Positions 1 through 11,639 of a stretch of DNA of 63,757 nucleotides are shown here, piece after piece (position 1 is the first letter of the stretch; each line of letters opens with the position of its first letter). The notes beneath the pieces are model-generated. The model ran no database searches. It saw nothing but the letters and a program-made list of their open reading frames with translations, and was not told where the DNA came from. The DNA is from Octopus bimaculoides (lineage: Eukaryota): the NCBI RefSeq assembly GCF_001194135.2, contig NC_068987.1, positions 48,830,932 through 48,894,688 of the forward strand, given 5' to 3'. The translations under genes were made by a program, and so were the position numbers.

Positions 1-1885
1 TTTCTACAGATCGAGCAGGGCCATCTACCTGAAGGGGTTTGTGGTTTGTCTACCTTCATACTTATTAGGACTTTGGTTTTAGCTAGGTTGACTCTAAGGC
101 TCTTCGATTCTAATCCTTGCTTCCACACCTGAAACTTCTCTAGTTCTGATAATGACTCAACAATTAGAGCAAGGTCATCAGCATAGAGAAGCTCCCAGAA
201 CATCCTGTCTTGAATTCCTCTGTTATTGCCTGGAGGACTATGATAAATAGGAGGGGGCTGAGGACAGAACCTTGGTGGACCCCTACCTCTACCCGGAATT
301 CTTCACTGTACTCGTTGCCGACCTTCACCTTACTGACAGCGTCCCAGTACATGGCTTGCACACTCCTCACTAACCATTCTTCTATCCCTAGTTTCCTCAT
401 TGACCACCAGATGAGGGATTGGGGGACCTTGTCAAAGGCGTTCTCCATGTCAACGAAAACCAGGTACAGAGGTTTATCTTTGGCTAGGTATTTCTCCTGC
501 AGCTGTCTTACCAGAAATATAGCATCAGTGGTGCTTTTCCCTGGCACGAACCCAAACTACATCTCATCTAAACTGACTCTCTCCCTAATTAGTTGGGCTA
601 TAACCCTCTCCGTGACCTTCATTACCTGATCCAACAACTTGATACCTCTGTAATTATTTGTATCTAAAGTGTCACCTTTACCTTTGTAGCAGTTGACTAT
701 GGTGCTGCTACACCAGTCATTGGGTATGACTCCTTCATGTATCACCTGGTTAACTATACAGGTGACTAGGCTATAGCCGACACTGCCAGATATTTTGAGC
801 ATCTCTGCGGTGATTCCTGATGGGCCAGGGGCCTTCCCTGTCTTCATACTCTTAATTGCTTTATGTACTAAGGTACTGTCAATTCGGATAGCTGGTCCCT
901 TTGTTGGGTCGACATTCGGCAGACTCTCTTTCTCCCATTCATTCTCTTTATTGAGCAACCTTTCATAGTGGCGTCTCCAAACCTCTCTCTTTGCAGCTTC
1001 GTTTCGTGCAACTGAACCATCATCTGTGTAGACACATTTCTCTCCCACAACATCATGATTCTCTCTCACACACTGTCTTGTAACATGAAATACTTCAAAT
1101 CTTTGGTCCTCATGGCGCAGAACATTGGCAAATATTTTCTTATCTGCTTCCCCTCTGGCTAAATAAATCTGTCTCCTAGCTTCCCTTCTGGCAGTCTGAT
1201 ACAATACCCTGCTACCACCGTTCTTCCAAACCTGTTTCTTTTCCCTAATGGCCCTGTCAACAACATTGTTCCACCACCATGTTACCTTGGATCGAGAACG
1301 GACTTTGCACCATCCACAGATCTGGTCAGTGGCTCTCAGCAGTTTGTCTCGTAGAAACTTCCACTTGTCTTCCACATCATGTGATGCTAAATCCCCTTCT
1401 ATTTCGTCAAAAGCTTCAAGTAATATGTCTCTAAATCTCTGTCCATTTGCAGGATTGTTAAGCTTCCAGACCCTTCTCCTCCATGGTGGTTGTCTTCTGG
1501 GCATCCATTTAGCCCTGATCCCGAAGTTGCTAACTACTAGTCTATGTTGAGGATACATTCTTCGCCTGGGAAGGTTTTGGCATTTATAAGCAGCCCTCTT
1601 TCCCTTTTTCTGGCAAGGATGTAGTCAATTTGACTAGTGAGTCTACCAGATCGGTAGGTGACTAAGTGACTGGCAGGTTTCCTGAAGTTGGTATTGCAAA
1701 CCATAAGATCATTATCACAGAACTTCAGCAGTCTAGTTCCCTCCTCATTGTGGGAACCAAAACCATAGCCTCCATGTACACCATGGAAGCCCCCTGCATG
1801 TTGTCTGACATGTCCATTGAAGTCACCAGCCACAAAGAGAAGGTCCCTGTCATTCGTCAATGAGGTAGTCTGCAAGAGGGTGTCA
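1..1885 (-). mobile_element. RTE-clade LINE, 5'-truncated and frameshifted, running off the left edge (APE endonuclease + RT)
   Basis: GDFNGHV and SQIDYIL endonuclease motifs (ORF 1537-2004), RT segments (557-1558, 164-547), GVHQGSVLSPLLF, YADD at 174-185. Confidence 0.93.
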
Positions 1886-1941
1886 TGAACAGTATATATA
1901 TATATATATATATATACATATATATAGGTTTGTGTGTGCGC

Positions 1942-1972
<31 letters not shown>

Positions 1973-2296
1973 CTAGCACAGATACCTGGCGTTGCCCTTG
2001 TCACATGATTCGAATTTCATCAAAATTGGAGATGAAGAATTTTAATGAGGGTTCTTTCCCTCTTTACACATCTTTACAAAAATTCTAATGACACATTTAT
2101 CCCATACTACTCATTTTTATGCCCAGATTCCAAAATCCAAATCTTATGGAACCTATTGAAAGGTTTTTTGCTCCTGAAAAATGGAGCTCATGGGGCTCTA
2201 AAATGCAGGAATTAAGGCCTCTATTGTGTGTGTGTGTGTGTGTGTGTGGGGTCTTAAAGTCAACCAGAGAAGTTAAATTGTTGAGAATCTTTTTAA

Positions 2297-2995
2297 CTTA
2301 TATATATTGTTCAAATTTCTTTGAAATCAGAAATATATGTATATTCACTGGGTTTGTAAAAGAGAGAAAAGTTACAGGAAATCAAAAGCGGAATGATCAC
2401 AATAAGCAGTCAGCTACGCTACCCTAGTCGTTACCACTCCCCAATGTAGGATTCTTCACCATACAGGTGACGGGCACAGCTGTAAGATGCATTACGGATC
2501 TATAGCAATTGGAAGGGCATGACCCAACTCAAATAAACATTATTTGGATGCAGACCTCCTTTGAGTCTTTTTATTATCAATGGGTTAGACATAGTCCCTA
2601 GATGGTAACATTGATTTCAAGGCCTTCCAAGATAAGTGATTTATAGATTGCAAATTTATTCTGTCCAGTTACCTATCGGCATAGTGATCATTGGCAAACT
2701 TCAGAGGTGACACTTTCATTTCCCCTTAGCCCTCACGTCACACTGTTGTTAATGTTTATTTGAGTTGGGTCACACCCTTCCAATTGCTATAGATCCATAA
2801 TGCATCTTATTGTTGTGCCCGTCACCTGTATGGTGAGGAATCCTACATTGGGGAGTGGTAACAACTAGGGTAGGGTAGCTGACTGCTTATTGTGATCATT
2901 TCATTTTTGGTTTCCTGTAGCTTTGCTCTCTTTTACAAACCCAGTGAATATACATATATTTGCAATTTCAAAGAAATTTGAACAATAGATATAAG
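2297..2995. mobile_element. Foldback/MITE-like element: 246-bp inverted arms (2297-2542, 2750-2995) around a 207-bp spacer
   Basis: Arms are reverse complements with about 19 mismatches and no indels by manual count. Confidence 0.88.
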
Positions 2996-3080
2996 ACCTC
3001 ACATTTTCATCTTTACATATATATAGATAGATATATGTATATATAAAGGACAAGATGAATTGAACATCGACTTTTATATG

Positions 3081-4210
3081 TTGGGCCATCCCATAAATAC
3101 TGTGTTTTTTTTATATTTCTTTTATTTTTTCAAAATTAAGATAAACAAACATCTTTCTTAATCTAAAATATACTCTCTTTCATTTTCTACAATGCTTTTC
3201 CATCTATCTGGAGACTTGCAAGATCCCTCTTCCAAAATTCACTTCTCTGTGATGAAAAATACACCTTTAGTACTCTTCTGATCTAGTCTACAGAATTCAT
3301 ATTTTTTCCATCCAAATGATTTTGAAGACTGCAGAATAAATGAATAACCACAAATATGGTTGGTGGGACATCATTTCCCATTCGAACTGCTCCAGCCTTT
3401 GGAATGTTATCCTCGCTGTATGTGGCTGATGGAAAAGCACTTTTCATCTTGAAACCAAAGATGGTTGTTTATCTTCTAGCGTTGACTCAAGCTGCTCACA
3501 GTACATCTTCTCTGTTATCATTTGGTTTGGGTTTAGAAGCTCCAAGTGGACTAAACCTTTCATATCCCACCAAACAGATAACACCTTATGTGGGTGAAAA
3601 CCTTCTTTAGCTTGGGGTGCTGGTGTTTCTCCTTTTCTTACCCACTGTCTTTGGTGTTTGACATTTTTAGAGAACCAACCCATTTCTTGTCACAGGTCAC
3701 TATTGAGTCCAAAAAAGGTTCATTTGTGAGACGTGACTGCAAAGAAGAGCACACATTCACTTTCGGCACATGGTTAGACCCAGAAAGTTTGACGAACCCA
3801 TTGACCCAATTTGCAGACTTTTCTGATGGCACGCAGGTGTCGATGATGGGATTTTGTTCCACCAGGGTTTGCAGGATGTCCTCGTTGAGCTGAGGCCCAT
3901 TTTCTAGGCTGTAATTTCTGGAACCACTGTTATGCTTATCGTTTGATCTCCTGCACTTTCTGTGGCATTGTTGCCTTTATTGAACTCATAAAGTAAAATA
4001 TGCCAAATATGCTACTTTGTCACTTTCATTACAGCTTTGAAAAAATACCTTAAACTCAAACTGCACTCTTCAAAACATGCACTTAGAATAAATACAAGAT
4101 AAAATTACTATCTACTTTTATAACAAGTTGATCGAAGTAGTTTATCCCATCCCCCTCCGACTTTTAGTTTATGCAACTGAAAAAACTGCACTACTTATGG
4201 GGTGACTCAA
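3081..4210 (-). mobile_element. Decayed mariner DNA transposon with both TIRs
   Basis: Transposase fragments FLDSIVTCDKKWV and KVLSVWWDMKGLVHLELL. Imperfect TIRs TTGGGCCATCCCATAAATACTGTGTTTTT vs TTGAGTCACCCCATAAGTAGTGCAGTTTTT, in TA context. Confidence 0.88.
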
Positions 4211-4344
4211 TATATATATATAAATATACATATCCATATATTTGGTTGCCTAAGCCTGACGAGCTAGGTTCATGTGATGAGCCTACAAAACTAAAATTGC
4301 ATGAAGCCAAATGAAACTGTTATTAAATAATATATACATTCCTT

Positions 4345-4512
4345 AGGGTCGCAAGCTGGCAGAAATGTTTGCATGCTGGGTGAAATGCTTAGCGGTATGT
4401 CGTCTGCTGTTACGTTCTGAGTTCAAATTCCACACTGGGGTCGATGTAATCGACTTAATCCTGTCGTCTGTCTTTGTTTGTCCTCTCTATGTTTAGTCCC
4501 CTGTGGGCAATA
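4345..4512 (+). mobile_element. tRNA-derived SINE (family 'S2', head GCAAGCTGGCAGAA...GAGTTCAAATTCC)
   Basis: Box A/B-like head shared with many copies in the window (5955-6145, 9320-9520, 16605-16830, 20660-20871, 25045-25290, 59628-60020, 62705-62940). Confidence 0.75.
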
Positions 4513-4522
4513 AAATGTACAC

Positions 4523-5108
4523 ATTCTTTTATTCTTTTACTTGTTTCAGTCATTTTGACTAGAGCACCACCTTTTAGTCGAAGAAATTAACCCCTGGACT
4601 TATTCTTTGCAATCACTTGTCCAATCACTTCAGTCAAACAACAATTAACCTGGAGTTATGAGTCCAAGAAGCACTATATATTCTATTATATGTAATGTGA
4701 ATTCACCTTCACCTTTCTCTAATGAATCAAACTACATCTCTTCATGCACTGTGCTTGTCTCTTCTCCACTGCACACTTTCAGGCCAATACCACTCATCTT
4801 TCTCTCCTGTTCTCCTACTGCTAATTGTATCACTGTTATTCTGTCACTCCCCTATATATCCATGTTTCACCACTTATTCTATCGGTCTTCTTTGCTGAAC
4901 TGCTAAGTCATGTGGATGTAAACACAGACACAAACACACAAATATATATATATATGGCAGGCTTCTTTCAGTTTCCGCCTACCAAATCCACTCACAAGGC
5001 TTTGGTTGGCCTGAGACTATAGAAGACACTTACCCAAGGTGCCACACAGTAGAACTGAACCCAGAACCATGTGGTTGGGAAGCAAGCTTCTTACCACACA
5101 GCCACGCC
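4523..5108 (-). mobile_element. tRNA-derived SINE (family 'S1'), interrupted by an insert at about 4612-4871
   Basis: Head GGCTGTGTGGTAAGAAGCTTGCTTCCCAACC, tail GACTGAAACAAGTAAAAGAATA. Matches copies at 49966-50380 and 58140-58675. Confidence 0.8.
4650..4875 (+). repeat. Unclassified dispersed repeat, copy 1 (copy 2 at 8958-9200)
   Basis: Collinear about 225-bp match GAGTCCAAGAA...CCATGTTTCACCACT. Confidence 0.85.
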
Positions 5109-8100
5109 TTCATGTTCCTTTGTTATTTAATTAAGGTCAAATTAGCTTAAAATATTCAATCCTGAAATATAAACTTTCAACATATTCTTTCATGATCAGT
5201 TGCTATGTTTCAAACATTTCTGTCAGCACTGTTGTGTTGTTGAAGACTGTGACTTAAAATTTGCATTTATTACATTTCTGGCAATAATACGCAATACAAA
5301 TTTTCTTCCTAAGCTGCATCCTTTTAGCTGGAGTTAGTTTTGTGATGTTAATTTTTTTCTTGAAGAAAAACAAAAAAGAATTTTTGTTCTCTCAGAGTAT
5401 GAAGATGATATTACAAATGGGATGGTAAATGAACCAACTGTAATATTCTAAAAAATAAATAAATGTACAATATTTTCCAGTTTCATGATATGATTCTAAA
5501 TACAAAGAGACGTCAAATTAAAATAATTAAATATGTTTGCTGAATAAAGAATGAAACAGTGTTTGGGAAATCTGCTAGTATTTACTTTTCAGCCCATTCT
5601 GTTGAAATGCAGTGCGTTTCTTTCACCACATTTGAAAACTAATGAATTTAGTAAAATAACTTAATCATTATTAAGCTGGTGTTTGGAACATAAATTAAAA
5701 AGATATTTTGAAGGAAGCACCTGGTTCAAAGGTATGAACAGGAAGTTTGTAACCTAGAACCAGGAGTGATCTCAGGCAGGTTGGTATCAAAAGAGTTAAA
5801 GAACTTTAAAATTGGGTTCAATTTATAAAATGCATGTGAGGAATGATGTACAACAATCGCTCTCACAAGAAATAGTTATTCTTCCACAATTCCAAAACAA
5901 TATAACACTTGAAATGAATATGAACTCATGACCTAGTAATCCAATAACCATGACACGCCGGGTGAAATGCTTAGCAGTATTTTGTCTGTCTTTATGTTCT
6001 GAGTTCAAATTCCACCGAGGTTGACTTTGCCTTTCATCCTTTTGGGGTCGATAAATTAAGTACCAGTTGCGTACTGACGTCAGTCTAATCGACTGGCCCC
6101 TTTCCAACAACATTTTGGGCCTTGTGACTAGAGTAGAAAAGAATAACCATGACAGGGTGATCATCATTGAAAAGCCATATTCCATGCTGGCATGGTTTTA
6201 ACAGCTGTATGCTCTTTCTAATGCCAACCACTTGACAGTGTATTGGAAGCTTTTTTTGTAGCACCAGGAATTGTGAGATTGCCAAGTAACTTGTAAACAA
6301 GACCCCTTGACTGCATGGGGATATAGTAGTGAGAGCAGCAGCTTTGTCCCAGGTGTTGAGAGGCTAGAGAGGTAAGATAGAGGGACTTGCTGTAGAGATA
6401 GCTACCTGACCCCCAAAGAGGTGGAGGGAACAGCTGTCCAATACACAAACATATCTGTTAGTATGAAAAAATATAAATAACCTAAAATAGTCAGGTTGAA
6501 ATTTAGATGAAATTAGAAGAAATCAATTAAAAAAATCAATAACATGAAGACAAAATATGTTTTATTTTTGTTTATTGGGGAAAAACCCAGAATAATGGCC
6601 AGAAGGCACCATTTTAAATGCTGAGTCATTGTAATATAAAAGAAAATAAGGTAACATAATAGTACGATAAAATAATAAGCTGTTGAGAGAAGTAAAAAAA
6701 AAGGAAACAGTACACTCGGAGTATCTACATTCATGGAAGGAGAGAGGAGTCAGTTGTATTTATACTTTCTACTGAATAATGGTCTTAAATATAGCCCATG
6801 GATGTTGTTGACTGATCAGGCACAAGGGTTCTTTAGAATTGTAAAGACTTTTACTGCATATAAAACTATATTGCACACCTGGTTTTCCAGGAGTCTACCA
6901 TATGTAACGTGGTTCTCTTCATCATGACTTAACGTTATTAAACTAATAACGCTGTTGGTGATAGAAATAAAAGTTTTATTGATGTATTTATATTTATTTT
7001 AAATTTCATTCAAATAGATTAAAAAAAAACAAATGAAAACTTAAAGGTTGTTAAACAAACCAAACAGACAAGACAAAAATTTAACAGTTGAAAGGACAAA
7101 ATAGGACTGGTTGTTAAAAGATCTAAATAAATGATAAGCCTTTTATAAGTGCACTAATTTATATCTGAGGTTTTTAATAACTGATTGTAGCCTCATACAA
7201 AGTTTCAGTCAGCAGTGACTTAAGGCACAGCTAATTAAATAGCACCACCTGGTAGAACGATGAACAAAAAATTATAGATTTCTGAGAGGTTATCCATCCA
7301 TGTACTAGAAACCAGGTTAATTGTTGTTTGACTGAAGTGATTGGACAAATATCAGTGTATTCAATATCAATAACGGTTGTAAATTTAATCAAAAGAAAAA
7401 AAAAATGCTATTTGTGGATATCTTTTTTCATTCATGAAATTTGAATTAACCATTCAAATTCTTCAGGTATATAACTACAATGTTAGCAGGATATATTATT
7501 TCATAGCAAACAGGTCCTAAGTTTAGAGGCAGAGTTAAACTGAAATATATTCAAATCAGCATTTATATAAATATATATATAAAATATAGAGGTTATCAGT
7601 AAAATTGATATTTAAAAAGTATTTTATATAATATTTTGATAAAATGTTGCTAAAGAAATAATTTTATAGGCAGTTATGGGAATAGTTTTATCGATAGTGT
7701 TTTGATAATCATTTCCATAAAGAAAAGAATTTAGCTCTTGGCTATAAGAAAATAGCTTTACAAAACTTGCAGTAATATCTAACACATGTAAAAGAAAAAT
7801 GTACAAAAAAATCATAAAACACAAAATAAGATTATTAGAAAGAAATAATTAAATATTTCCTTAAATGGAGGCTATTTGTATTAAAGTAAAATTAAACTGA
7901 AGTTAAACAAATCCCTTGAATCTTCAAAGCAATTTACTCAATGAATTTTAAAAACAAAGTAACACAATGACCTTCAGCAAGAGTAAGTTTCTTTCTTTTT
8001 CTCTCTCCATTCTCTAAAAATATAAATTGTCACATAACTTACTAAACCAGCTAAAGTAGAGGCAATAAGTTTTTTCCATTTTTGTTTAAAAAATGTTTCC

Positions 8101-8225
8101 ACCATAAAAATTTTACAGCAGATACTATTTTATTCCTACAGAATAAAGCAAAGATAAAAATTTAAATAACAATAACAGAAATTAATAATTCATAATAATA
8201 ATAATAATTTGGTTTTGCATTTGAT

Positions 8226-8639
8226 NNNNNNNNNNNNNNNNNNNNNNNNNNNNNNNNNNNNNNNNNNNNNNNNNNNNNNNNNNNNNNNNNNNNNNNNNNN
8301 NNNNNNNNNNNNNNNNNNNNNNNNNNNNNNNNNNNNNNNNNNNNNNNNNNNNNNNNNNNNNNNNNNNNNNNNNNNNNNNNNNNNNNNNNNNNNNNNNNNN
8401 NNNNNNNNNNNNNNNNNNNNNNNNNNNNNNNNNNNNNNNNNNNNNNNNNNNNNNNNNNNNNNNNNNNNNNNNNNNNNNNNNNNNNNNNNNNNNNNNNNNN
8501 NNNNNNNNNNNNNNNNNNNNNNNNNNNNNNNNNNNNNNNNNNNNNNNNNNNNNNNNNNNNNNNNNNNNNNNNNNNNNNNNNNNNNNNNNNNNNNNNNNNN
8601 NNNNNNNNNNNNNNNNNNNNNNNNNNNNNNNNNNNNNNN
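8226..8639. other. Assembly gap (others: 13892-13971, 23334-23502, 38077-38086, 40073-40157, 59044-59053, 62276-62563)
   Basis: Runs of N. Confidence 1.
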
Positions 8640-8661
8640 AGCTTCATGTTTTTTTTGTCTT

Positions 8662-8667
8662 TTTATT
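8662..8667 (-). terminator. Candidate poly(A) signal AATAAA for the LIM-containing isoform (further AATAAA at 8128-8133 and 6975-6980)
   Basis: AATAAA 40 nt after the stop codon. Which site is used cannot be told; the UTR is broken by an N-gap. Confidence 0.3.
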
Positions 8668-8706
8668 TCTTTAAAATTTCTATTTCAACTTAAACCATTT
8701 CCTGGT

Positions 8707-8784
8707 TTATCTTGCATGCTTTTTGCAGTATGGTTTGCCAGCTTTAGCATAGAAGGGCTGACCTTCAAGGCTAAGTTGGCAAGT
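8707..8784 (-). CDS. Zasp: Zasp terminal exon J: [25 protein letters not shown]
   Basis: TTCTTTTTTTTCCAG| acceptor. Completes LIM3. TAA at 8707-8709. Confidence 0.93.
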   Translation of the reverse strand, partial: TCQLSLEGQPFYAKAGKPYCKKHAR

Positions 8785-10484
8785 CTGGAAAAAAAAGAAC
8801 AAAAACAAAATTAGTTATAAAGGAAGCAAAATGTTCAACAATTCTGAATTCTACAATAAAGCAGGAAAAAAAAAGACTGTTGAAAATTAATTTTACTTTT
8901 AATATATGTAAAACATCTTTAAGAAAAAAATAATTAAATTAGATTAAATTCAAGTGTCTGGCGTTATGAGTCCAAGAAACACTATATATTCTAATATATG
9001 TAACATTAATTCACCTTCACCTTTCTCCAATGAATCAAACTACACCTCTTCATGCACTATGCTTGTCTCTTCTCCACTGCACCCCTGCAGCCCAATACCA
9101 CTATCATCTTTCTCTCCTGTTCTCCTACTGCCAATTGTATCACTGTTATTCTGTCACTCCCCTATATATATATATATATATATATCCATGTTTCACCACT
9201 CACTGCATTCCCCTTTCCTTGCTATCTCTCCCTTTGCACTCTCACAAACTTCCTGCTCACACACACTGTCCAATCTTCTACCACTCCATTTACATTTATC
9301 TCAATACCAATAATAATAATCCTTTCTACCATAGGTACAAAGTCTGAAATTTTAGGGAAGGAGTTAAATTGATTACATTGATTCCAGTACTCAATTGGTA
9401 CTTAATTTATTGAAAAGCCAAGTCAACCTTGGCAGAATTTTAATTCAGAACAAAGTGAGAGATGAAATGCCACTAAGCATACTGCCCAGCATGCTAACAA
9501 TTCTGCCAGCTTACTGCCTTAATAATAATGGTTTCATTTATTTGCTGCAAGGGCAAAGCACAAGGGGGACAATACAAAAACTGACATAAAGTCAGGGGTT
9601 TACATATAATGAAATGATAAAAAAGAAAAAAAGAAATTCAATATACACAGTATACACTGAAAAAGAAGGGAAATATGCATAGCATACAAAGGTTAAAACA
9701 AAAAAAAGTGGTGGGGAGAATGATAGAGATGTGGCCCTCCTGATACAGGAAGGCCTCTAGGGATAATCGAGGAACTCCACTGTCCGAGATTTCCCTGAAA
9801 CCCCAAGAACAAGTGCCCTCTCCAACTACACTTAGAGAGGTACCATTCACTCTTGCCATTTTTTCAACTTTCACCTATCTTTCAATAAACTCACTCAAGG
9901 ACAGCACTCTCAATTTCCTTTCAAGTGAAACTTGATGAAGTCAATGAGAGTGCTACCAAAGAGGAATGTATCTGTCTCATGCCTTTCAGCCTTGTCCACC
10001 GAACCTCTTTCGCTACAGCCACCAGGCAAAGGAAAACTGCCTTGCCTGCCTGATTGAAGTGCGATTATTACTACAGACTTGGCTAACAGACGGATCTGCC
10101 CCCCACACATGACAGCAGCTATTTGACAACCCCACAAGTCAGCAATGTCTGGACACTGAACAAAGGTGTGCAGAACGGTTTCGTCACTCTGCATGCACCT
10201 TGGACAGGCCTGTCTGACAACACATCCATGCCAGTAGAGTTTATCTCAAACTGGTAGCAGCCCCTATTAGCACTGCCAAGCCAAAAACATGTGGAAATTA
10301 CTCATGATAGTTCCTGACTGGAAAGTCCTCTGGAACAGACTAGTCAGTTTGTTCTTGTTGGCACTCAGAGTCTCCCCAAGAACGTTGTTGCACTTCTCTG
10401 CAACTAATCCTCTATAAATTTCTAAAGCAGAACATCCACCGATCTCATTGCCCAACTGGTAGAGGGCTGTGAGTGCCTGATGAC

Positions 10485-10530
<46 letters not shown>

Positions 10531-11607
10531 TAACAACAACAACAACAATAATACGTACTGTACAGGCAAAGCAGTCAGAATGGTAGCTATGATCCATTGC
10601 CTCAACCCATCTATCTCCAGGATCAATAGGATATTTACACCCAAAGCAAATGGCTTGGAACATTTCCTTCCAGTCTGGAAAATAAAATTGGAAAAGTTTA
10701 TGAGTGTTATGACAAATGAAAGAAAGAATAGAGAATATTGAGAAAAGGCAAAAGAAAAGATAGGAGCAAGGTAAAGAGGGTGAAGAGAAAATTGAGAGTT
10801 AATCTCATACATCCACACACACATATATACACATAGAGTAGAGGCACTCCGTCGCTTATGATGTCGAGGGTTCCAGTTGATCTGATCAACGGAACAGCCT
10901 GCTCGTGAAATTAATGTGCAAGTGGCTGAGCACGCTACAGACACGTGTACCCTTAACGTAGTTCTCGGGGATATTCAGCGTGACACAATGTGACAAGGCT
11001 GACCCTTTGAATTACAGGCACAACAGAAACAGGAAGTAAGAGTGAGAGAAAGTTGTGGTGAAAGCGTACAGCAGGTTTCGCCACCATCCCCTGCCGGAGC
11101 CTCGTGGAGCTTTTAGGTGTTATTGCTCAATAAACACTCACAACACCCGGTCTGGGAATCGAAACCGCGATCCTATGACCGCGAGTCCGCTGCCCTAACT
11201 ACTGGGCCATTGCGCCTCCACTTATACACATACACACACACATAAACAAGTGTCAGTGTCTGTTGATGACAATATAACAATGTATATTATACCTGAGGTG
11301 TGAATAGTGACATGCAACCACATACTTATCTGGATCACAATAAAAAAGGAGAGGAGAAAGTGATACCCCTACAGTGTCAGTGCCAGTGTGTGATGGTAAT
11401 GATGTAAAAATGTTTAGTATGTCTTAGGTGCAGAAAAAGAAATGACAAGCAGTTGCATACTCACGAGGATCACAATAGAACTCCCCATCTTCTATGTGGA
11501 AGCTGCTGCCTCCAATTGGCTTCCTACAGTGAGCACACAAGAAACAATTGGGATGGAAAGTAGTGTTCATAGCATTCACACATTCCTATAAGAAAAAGAA
11601 AATATCA

Positions 11608-11639
<32 letters not shown>

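Noticed and set aside
210-1550. Plus-strand ORFs 210-629 and 1248-1550
   Set aside because: Antisense shadows of the RTE ORF.
7900-7990. Plus-strand donor-like AGA|GTAAGT in the Zasp 3' UTR region
   Set aside because: No matching acceptor or open frame.
8162-8814. Long ORFs containing X runs (also 23308-23674, 39963-40235, 62227-62661)
   Set aside because: Artefacts of N-gaps.
11150-11221. tRNA-like sequence
   Set aside because: It is a SINE head continuing into a 300-bp repeat body, with no acceptor-stem closure. Not a tRNA gene.
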